This document shows, piece after piece, positions 34,782 to 40,991 of a DNA stretch of 40,991 nucleotides. The notes beneath the pieces are model-generated. The model searched no databases. It had not been told where the DNA came from and saw only the letters and a program-made list of their open reading frames with translations. Numbering within the stretch: position 1 is the first letter of the stretch; every line of letters starts with the position of its first letter. The stretch is from an uncultured Thermoplasmata archaeon. GTDB taxonomy: Archaea; Thermoplasmatota; Thermoplasmata; Halarchaeoplasmatales; Halarchaeoplasmataceae. Made by a program: the position numbers and the translations under genes. The stretch lies in the NCBI GenBank assembly GCA_964398905.1, contig CAYNOV010000002.1, forward strand, positions 1 through 40,991, read 5' to 3'.

Positions 34782-36851
34782 ATGGCAGAATACACCGAAG
34801 ACGAAATCAGAGAAAAATTTATTGACCTGTTCGAAGATGATGAATTTCACTCTGAATTGATCAAAGTCGCAGATAATTATCCCGATGAGAAGTCCATTTT
34901 TGTGACTTATAGTGACCTTACTCTTTTCTTTGAAGATATCGATTTTCCCAGATATGTTGTCAAAAATCCAAAATCCGCTTTGACACAGGGAGAGGAAGCG
35001 ATCAAACAGGTTCTTGGAAGTGCTTACGACGATGTTCATATTCATCTGAGACTGACCCATCTATCTGAGTCTAGGAGCAAGATGATAAGAGATCTGCGCT
35101 CCGATGATCTTTCTAGTTACTTGGGTATAGATGGACTAGTTAGAAAGACCACTGAAGTCCGACCTAGGATATCTAACGCCGCATTCAGATGCATGAGCTG
35201 TGGATTTGAATTCAAGATAGCTCAGGACGGTGGTAACATAGATGAGCCTATGGAATGTGGTGGATGTGGTAAATCTTCCAATAAAACGAATTTTGTTCTT
35301 TTGAAGGACAAATCAGATTTCAAAGACTTTCAGAACATAGAGATACAGGAGAGTCCAGAAGAATTGAGAGGCGGTGAACAGCCCGAGAGATTGAAAGGAT
35401 GGGTGAAACACGATCTTGTAGGTGAAGTATCACCAGGGGATAGGATAACTCTGAACGGTATTTTAGAAGGCAAACCCAAAAGGAGAGGAAAAACCACTCA
35501 AAGTAGAGTGTTCGATATCTATATGGATGTTAATGGTATAGAAGTTAAGGAATATGAATTCGAAGATCTTGAACTTTCTGAGGAAGATAGGAGGGAGATA
35601 GAAGCCGCGTCAGAAGACCCCCGGGTCTTTGCAAAGATAGTGAGTTCTATCGCTCCAAGTATACACGGCCTTCTCAACGAGAAGACAGGTCTTGCGCTTC
35701 AGCTTTTCGGTGGAGTCAGAAAAGAGATGCCAGACGGTACGATAACAAGAGGTGATATCCATATACTTCTAGTGGGTGACCCTGGAACAGCGAAATCTCA
35801 ACTTTTGAGATATATATCGGAGTTATCGCCGAGAGGTATGTACGCTTCTGGCAAAGGTTCAACAGGTGCGGGTCTTACAGCTGCCGCTGTACGTGAAGAT
35901 GTCATGGGCGAAAGTCAGTGGGTACTTGAAGCAGGTACTCTAGTGCTGGCCGATGGGGGTATAGCTTGTGTAGACGAGTTGGACAAGATGCGCTCTGAAG
36001 ATAGAAGTGCTATGCACGAGGCCATGGAGCAGCAGAGTATATCTGTGGCTAAGGCGGGTATAAACGCAACTTTGAATTCTCGATGCGCTGTTTTAGGTGC
36101 TGCCAATCCCGAATATGGAAGATTCGAAGTGCATGAGAATATATCTCAGCAGATAGATCTCCCGCCTCCACTCATCTCGAGATTTGATCTCATCTTTGCT
36201 CTGATAGACCAGCCCGACAAAAAACAAGACTCTAAGATCGCGAAGCACATTTTGAGTCTCCATGAGGAAGGGGAAAGGATAGAAAAGGAGGGCATAGAGA
36301 TAGAAAAAGAATTCGTCCCCGAATTTGACAAAGAATTTTTGAGGAAGTACATCGCTCACGCGAAGACCAAAACTCCTGTTATGACTGATAGTGCAATAAA
36401 AAAACTAGAAGATTTCTATTTGAGCTTGAGAGAGAAGGGAAGCGATGACTCTATCCCGGTTACCGCTAGACAGTTGGAATCATTGGTTAGACTGGCAGAA
36501 GCGAGTGCTAGAGCACATCTTAGAGACCAGGTCACAGTCGAAGATGCTGAAAGAGCTATAGACGTTACTGATCACTTCCTTCGAAAAGTGGCCTCTACTG
36601 AATCGGGAGAATTGGATATCGACATGGTCTCTTCGAGCGTATCTCACAGCGAAAGAACATTGATGAGTCAGATAAGAGACATAATAAGAAATAAAAGAGA
36701 GATACATGAAGATGGCGTACCCGAGGAGGACCTTTTAGAAGAAGCTGAATCTAGAGGTTTTTCTCGAGAAGAAGTACGCAAGGAACTCGATAGGATGCGG
36801 ACTAACGGCGAGATATATAATCCGACTCCTGACAGATATAGATTGGCCTGA
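34782..36851 (+). CDS. mcm: replicative helicase MCM
   Basis: Zinc motif CMSCG...CGGCG, Walker A GDPGTAKS, Walker B CVDELDKM, and arginine finger SRFDLIF. 689 aa with no intein. Confidence 0.95.
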   Translation: MAEYTEDEIREKFIDLFEDDEFHSELIKVADNYPDEKSIFVTYSDLTLFFEDIDFPRYVVKNPKSALTQGEEAIKQVLGSAYDDVHIHLRLTHLSESRSKMIRDLRSDDLSSYLGIDGLVRKTTEVRPRISNAAFRCMSCGFEFKIAQDGGNIDEPMECGGCGKSSNKTNFVLLKDKSDFKDFQNIEIQESPEELRGGEQPERLKGWVKHDLVGEVSPGDRITLNGILEGKPKRRGKTTQSRVFDIYMDVNGIEVKEYEFEDLELSEEDRREIEAASEDPRVFAKIVSSIAPSIHGLLNEKTGLALQLFGGVRKEMPDGTITRGDIHILLVGDPGTAKSQLLRYISELSPRGMYASGKGSTGAGLTAAAVREDVMGESQWVLEAGTLVLADGGIACVDELDKMRSEDRSAMHEAMEQQSISVAKAGINATLNSRCAVLGAANPEYGRFEVHENISQQIDLPPPLISRFDLIFALIDQPDKKQDSKIAKHILSLHEEGERIEKEGIEIEKEFVPEFDKEFLRKYIAHAKTKTPVMTDSAIKKLEDFYLSLREKGSDDSIPVTARQLESLVRLAEASARAHLRDQVTVEDAERAIDVTDHFLRKVASTESGELDIDMVSSSVSHSERTLMSQIRDIIRNKREIHEDGVPEEDLLEEAESRGFSREEVRKELDRMRTNGEIYNPTPDRYRLA

Positions 36852-36853
36852 GG

Positions 36854-37159
36854 ATGAACAAGATGTATGTGAATTATCAGACCTACGATCAAGGTGAAGA
36901 AGTTTTACTCGCGGCCTGCGATAAGGACGTTTTAGGGAAGACCCTTGAGGAGGGCGATATACAGTTAGACGTGAAGGAAAATTTTTACGGAGGGCAAAGG
37001 ATAAATACTGATAGGCTCAAGAGAGAACTGAAATCCTGCACTATAGCTAACCTTGTAGGTGAAAAGACCGTTGAAGCCGCTATAGAGATCGGGTTTGGTA
37101 GTGAAGAAGATATCATGAAGATCGAAGGTATTCCTCACTTGCAGGTAGTAAGATTATGA
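36854..37159 (+). CDS. DUF424 family protein
   Basis: About 100 aa with the pattern LLAACD...LGK.L.EG...L.V...FY.G and a C-terminal IPH..V. The start lies 2 nt after the mcm stop. Confidence 0.6.
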   Translation: MNKMYVNYQTYDQGEEVLLAACDKDVLGKTLEEGDIQLDVKENFYGGQRINTDRLKRELKSCTIANLVGEKTVEAAIEIGFGSEEDIMKIEGIPHLQVVRL

Positions 37160-38211
37160 CAGAGGATATGATGATTTGTGTTGAATGTGGGGCTGAGACG
37201 TCCGAGGTACATGACGGCATGTGTGTAGATTGCTATGTGGATAGAAATGTTTCTGTGGATATAGAAGATCCGATCGAGATCGAGATATGCTCCAAGTGTG
37301 GTAGTGTCAGAAAAGGAGATAGATGGTTGGAGAGACCAGATCTTGAGACAGTGATGCTCGACAGGATCGAGGAATCACTCTCGATATCATCTTCAGTTGA
37401 CCAGTTCTCATTTCAGGTATCTTTCGACGAAAGCGATCCTTCAAATATACATGTTGATTTGACAGTTAAATTGATCGTTCATGGCGTGGAGAAAGAAAAG
37501 AGCCTTGCAACAAATATCGTTCTTAAAAAAACTCAATGTAAGAACTGCAGCAAAAGAGAAGGAGATTATTATGAAGCCATCCTTCAAGTAAGACCAACTC
37601 AAGATGAGATGACCGAAGAACAGAAAAACCAAGTGATGAGCATGGTCCATAAAAGAGTAGAAGTCGATAGAGGGGAAGAAAAGAAAGTTTTTATAACCCT
37701 TGAAAAGGAGATCCATGGTGGATTGGATTTTTTTCTGAGCGATAGAAGAGTTACTAAAAATTTGAGCTTTGATATCGCAGACTTTTTTGGAGGAGATGTT
37801 AAAACGTCTTCTGAACTTGCAGGAAGAGAGGACGGACAGAACGTTTACAGGATGACTTATTCGGTGAGACTTCCTCCTTACGAAGAGGGCGATTTCATAA
37901 AATTTGAAGGTAAGATATACCGTATAAAAAAGACGACGAGAGGTAGTGGTCCTATAGTCGTGCATGATTTAGAAGAGAACAGAGGAACGACTCTTGACAA
38001 AAAGAAGTTGACCGACGCGACAGTTTACGGCGGAGACGAAATGATCAAGGATGCTGTGGTTGTTTCAGAAGAGGAAAAAGAGATCCAGGTTATGGACCCT
38101 GAAACCTACGAAACTAAGACACTACTTAAACCAGAAGGATTCACCGAAGGAAAAGACGAAGTACAAGTGGTTAGGATCAAAAGAAGACTGTATTTAGTCC
38201 CGGATGAATAG
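37156..38211 (+). CDS. NMD3 family protein (archaeal)
   Basis: N-terminal CxxC pairs: CVECG, CVDC, CSKCG, CKNC. YEAILQVR follows. ATGA overlap with DUF424. TAG stop. Confidence 0.75.
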   Translation: MTEDMMICVECGAETSEVHDGMCVDCYVDRNVSVDIEDPIEIEICSKCGSVRKGDRWLERPDLETVMLDRIEESLSISSSVDQFSFQVSFDESDPSNIHVDLTVKLIVHGVEKEKSLATNIVLKKTQCKNCSKREGDYYEAILQVRPTQDEMTEEQKNQVMSMVHKRVEVDRGEEKKVFITLEKEIHGGLDFFLSDRRVTKNLSFDIADFFGGDVKTSSELAGREDGQNVYRMTYSVRLPPYEEGDFIKFEGKIYRIKKTTRGSGPIVVHDLEENRGTTLDKKKLTDATVYGGDEMIKDAVVVSEEEKEIQVMDPETYETKTLLKPEGFTEGKDEVQVVRIKRRLYLVPDE

Positions 38212-38251
38212 GATTGACAAGATTTATACCTCATCACTCTTTCTAATCAAT

Positions 38252-39274
38252 ATGACCGAGAGAATCCTCATTTTGCATACGACTTGGTTCGGAACTTTTC
38301 TGGTTGAAGAAGGCGATATAGTAGATAAAGAGCTTTTTCCAAAAGATGCTGAAGTGATAGCGGAAAAAAAAGAGAGGAAAGAGAAGGGTGAAATCCTCGA
38401 AGAAGAAAAGCTCTTGAGTGAAAGACACGATGAGGATTTCTACGTAACTGAGGAACGTTTATCTGTACTAGGACCTGTTAAAAAAGATCATCGAGTCGAT
38501 ATTAAGCCGCAGGAACACTCTTTTTCAGAAGATCTGCTCCATCAAGCTCTTCGACTCCTAGGTAAAAGAAAGATCAAGGAATCTATAGATTTTGGAGAAC
38601 ATCTAGCTAGGGCTGTAGATACTATCCAGGATTTAAACGAGACAATCAATATAAAAACAGAGAGGTTAAAGACTTGGTATTCTTTGTATTTCTCTGAACT
38701 CGAAAAGCACGTTAATGATGGGGAATTCATCGACCTTATAGTCAAGCATGGTGATAGAGAAGAGATAAAAGAGGAGATCGGATTAGTAGATGACATAACT
38801 GGCAAGGAAGTCACCGAAAGTGAAATGGAGCACTTTCAGAATTTAGCAGGATCTATCAAAGATGAAAGATTATTGAGAAAAGAACTCGAAGATTATGTTA
38901 CTGAGAAGATGGAGGAATATGCCCCAAATATTACCGCACTTGCTGGACCAAAGTTAGGAGGAGAACTTATCGCAGCACAGGGTTCCTTGGAAGGGTTAGC
39001 CAAACAGCCTTCCAGCACTATACAAGTTCTTGGAGCAGAAAAATCTTTGTTCAAACATCTAGATAAAGGGACTCCTCCTCCAAAACACGGATTGATACTC
39101 CAGCATCCTTTCGTCCATAAAGCACCAAAGTCCATAAGGGGTAAGATAGCTAGGGCATTCGCAAATAAGATAGCTATCGCATCGAGAATAGACTATTTTG
39201 GTGGCGAATTTCGTGGAGATGAGATGAGAAAAGATCTAGAAGAGAAGATAGAAAAGATCAAAAAAGAAAGTTAG
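38252..39274 (+). CDS. nop5: C/D box snoRNP core protein Nop5 (Nop56/58)
   Basis: NOSIC-like LKTWYSLYFSELEKHV. Nop domain is AGPKLGGELIAAQGSLEGLAKQPSSTIQVLGAEKSLFKHL...PPPKHGLILQHPFV. The track start at 38204 overlaps NMD3, so I prefer ATG at 38252 (MTERILILH). Confidence 0.85.
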   Translation: MTERILILHTTWFGTFLVEEGDIVDKELFPKDAEVIAEKKERKEKGEILEEEKLLSERHDEDFYVTEERLSVLGPVKKDHRVDIKPQEHSFSEDLLHQALRLLGKRKIKESIDFGEHLARAVDTIQDLNETINIKTERLKTWYSLYFSELEKHVNDGEFIDLIVKHGDREEIKEEIGLVDDITGKEVTESEMEHFQNLAGSIKDERLLRKELEDYVTEKMEEYAPNITALAGPKLGGELIAAQGSLEGLAKQPSSTIQVLGAEKSLFKHLDKGTPPPKHGLILQHPFVHKAPKSIRGKIARAFANKIAIASRIDYFGGEFRGDEMRKDLEEKIEKIKKES

Positions 39275-39278
39275 ACAT

Positions 39279-39758
39279 CTAAATTTCTATATCTTCATCG
39301 TCCAGAGCCGATCTAGCCGTGTTAAAAACTGATTTCAGTTTTCCTTCTAATACATTTACTCTGGATTTCAATCTAGCGTTTTCTTTTTTCAGTTCATCGA
39401 ACCTTTTTCTCAACAAGGAATCAGTATTCTCCTGGATATGCTCGTTTTTCTCCGTCGTTGCGGTAACGGTCTGTATGTCACGTCCCTTGAGATAGGATGC
39501 TACTTTTATCTGCACTTCTACCAAATTCCTTTTTTCGATATCGTAGTAAACGCTTTTTTTTCCTATATTTATCAGATTCTCGTGCAGTTCGCTGTCTCTA
39601 GTTACCATTATGTCATCTTCTTCCATCTTATCCACCAGTTCAAAATCTAATATCCCCTTGTATTCCTGGTCAACGTCTAGGATTTCGTCGAAATTTTGTA
39701 TTTCATCTAGCTCTTCTTTGACCTCCGCTGGAAGGTTCTCGTCCAGTATGATACGCAT
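39279..39758 (-). CDS. PIN-like (DUF5615/Mut7-C-like) domain fused to a C-terminal coiled coil
   Basis: The N-terminus MRIILDENLP...D.E.....E.D.I.VTRDSE resembles DUF5615-type toxin domains. The C-terminus LLRKRFDELKKENARLKSRVNVLEGKLK is coiled coil. TAG stop. Confidence 0.5.
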   Translation of the reverse strand: MRIILDENLPAEVKEELDEIQNFDEILDVDQEYKGILDFELVDKMEEDDIMVTRDSELHENLINIGKKSVYYDIEKRNLVEVQIKVASYLKGRDIQTVTATTEKNEHIQENTDSLLRKRFDELKKENARLKSRVNVLEGKLKSVFNTARSALDDEDIEI

Positions 39759-39856
39759 GGAGAAAGATTTCGCCTACCTGTAAATATAATTTGTCGTGAC
39801 AAGTATTAGGAAAAGTTTATAAGAAAAATAATCATTGTCTATTCAGGTGAAAGAAG

Positions 39857-40024
39857 ATGGTAGTAAAGATAGATGAAGATACCTGCATAGCTTGCGGTAT
39901 GTGTGAGGAGGAGTGTCCGGTAGACGCGATGACGGTAGATGACGTAGCTAAAGTTGATGCTGACAAGTGTGAAGATATCGGTAAATGCGTAGAAGTCTGT
40001 CCAGTAGATGCGCTATCACTCTGA
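39857..40024 (+). CDS. 55-aa ferredoxin, 7-Cys variant (not in ORF track)
   Basis: Hand translation: MVVKIDEDTCIACGMCEEECPVDAMTVDDVAKVDADKCEDIGKCVEVCPVDALSL. It has CxxCxxCxxxCP followed by C-x5-C-x3-CP. AGGTGA lies 6 nt upstream. TGA stop. Confidence 0.8.
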   Translation: MVVKIDEDTCIACGMCEEECPVDAMTVDDVAKVDADKCEDIGKCVEVCPVDALSL

Positions 40025-40077
40025 ATTAGAGTAGCAAAATATTTATACAGTCCATTACTGCCAAAAACTGTGATACG

Positions 40078-40245
40078 ATGGTAGTAAAAGTAGACGAAGA
40101 AGCCTGTGTAGCTTGTGCACAATGTGAAGAGGAATGCCCTGTAGATGCATTTACTGTTGAAGAAGTGGCAGTTGTGGATGAGGACACCTGCATCGACTGC
40201 GGCAACTGCGTGGATGTCTGTCCAGTTGATGCTTTGAGCCTCTAA
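40078..40245 (+). CDS. 55-aa 2x[4Fe-4S] ferredoxin (not in ORF track)
   Basis: Hand translation: MVVKVDEEACVACAQCEEECPVDAFTVEEVAVVDEDTCIDCGNCVDVCPVDALSL. It carries two canonical CxxCxxCxxxCP motifs. TATA-like AAATATTTATACA lies 29-41 nt upstream. TAA stop. Confidence 0.85.
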   Translation: MVVKVDEEACVACAQCEEECPVDAFTVEEVAVVDEDTCIDCGNCVDVCPVDALSL

Positions 40246-40255
40246 AGAAAATCAT

Positions 40256-40867
40256 TTACTTTTCTTTTTCTTTTAAATAACTGATGATAGTTTCCTGTCT
40301 CTCTTTTTTGTTTCCTTCGAATTGTCTTATTTTGATAGCGCTTTGGTTGAGCATGTTCTCTGAGAGTGAATCGGTGTAATCCCCGTCATAAACTATCTCC
40401 TCGACCTCAGCATTTATCAGCATCTTAGCGCATACTACGCAAGGATAAGTCGTACAGTAAAGTGTACTACCTTTGATGCTAGCTCCAGAGACCGCTGCTT
40501 GGATGATCGCGTTCTGTTCCGCGTGGACCGCTCTGCACAACTCGTGCCTTCTTCCTGATTTTACGCTTTCACCCTTTTTCGGGAAAAAGTCTATCTCTTC
40601 CATTATCTTCTCTTTGTCTACATCTTCATTCTCTTTGTATTGCTCCAAGAATATATCGATGTATGGAGGATGGATATCACCTCTACGCATGCATCCTCCA
40701 AGTTCTTCACAGTGTGCTAATCCTTTTGGAGCGCCGTTGTATCCGGTACTCAAGACCTGTTTGTTTTTTACCATCACTGCGCCGACTTTCCTCCGGAGAC
40801 AAGTCGATCTTTCGGAGACTAAATGTGCCATCGCCATGAAATATTCATCTATAGTAGGTCGATTCAT
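40256..40867 (-). CDS. dCMP deaminase (cytidine/deoxycytidylate deaminase family) with an internal insertion
   Basis: Zinc motifs HAEQNAI and PCVVCAKMLI, plus GYNGAPKG. The track start at 40876 is TTG, so I prefer ATG at 40867 (MNRPTIDEYF). Confidence 0.85.
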   Translation of the reverse strand: MNRPTIDEYFMAMAHLVSERSTCLRRKVGAVMVKNKQVLSTGYNGAPKGLAHCEELGGCMRRGDIHPPYIDIFLEQYKENEDVDKEKIMEEIDFFPKKGESVKSGRRHELCRAVHAEQNAIIQAAVSGASIKGSTLYCTTYPCVVCAKMLINAEVEEIVYDGDYTDSLSENMLNQSAIKIRQFEGNKKERQETIISYLKEKEK

Positions 40868-40991
40868 TGAAACCAATGCAGTGTATGGGCCAAGATTATT
40901 TTATTTTTTCTCAAGTCAGCTTCTCCCACCTAAAGTAAGGGAGCTATCTCAGAATTTTCATAGAAAATCCTAAATATCGATTGAATTCCAC

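Noticed and set aside
39832-40122. 96-aa minus-strand ORF from the track.
   Set aside because: It spans both plus-strand ferredoxin genes and their spacer. The ferredoxin frames carry textbook CxxCxxCxxxCP motifs and plausible upstream signals. The antisense product is low-complexity and rich in Ser, Thr and His.

Overview
This is an AT-rich, very gene-dense archaeal chromosomal segment. I call 44 CDS and recognise no rRNA, tRNA, CRISPR array or mobile element. Many genes overlap by 4 nt at stop/start, and several convergent gene ends sit 0-5 nt apart or overlap. Recognisable content, in order:
- Lower archaeal mevalonate and isoprenoid genes (isopentenyl phosphate kinase, type-2 IPP isomerase, GGPP synthase).
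- Two huge acidic coiled-coil ORFs.
- NUDIX hydrolase, a UPF0016/GDT1 cation transporter, TrmY, DUF354 and a methyltransferase.
- A five-gene molybdopterin operon (moaA-moaE-moaC-moaB-moeA).
- A PIN-ATPase-KH protein and archaeosine synthase ArcS.
- The complete AMP-salvage trio (ribose-1,5-bisphosphate isomerase, form III RuBisCO, AMP phosphorylase) as one operon.
- A SerB-like HAD phosphatase, a double-zinc-ribbon coiled-coil protein, and methyltransferase-LrgA-LrgB.
- SucD without SucC, a sirtuin, split class I fumarase, and an HTH regulator.
- Cysteine desulfurase, Thi4, MCM, DUF424, NMD3, Nop5, a PIN-like protein and dCMP deaminase.
- Two 55-aa ferredoxins that the ORF track missed.
The proteins are conspicuously acidic, which suggests a salt-adapted euryarchaeon. 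That is inference only, and the lineage cannot be fixed without a database search. The most unusual observation concerns ORFs 5436..8357 and 3132..5372. They form one continuous reading frame of about 1,740 codons, broken only by a single in-frame TAG, and the heptad register is preserved across it. Secondary leads are a catalytically dead archaemetzincin-like gene between thi4 and a cysteine desulfurase, LrgAB and HAD genes on the same strand as the RuBisCO operon, nop5 without fibrillarin, and sucD without sucC.
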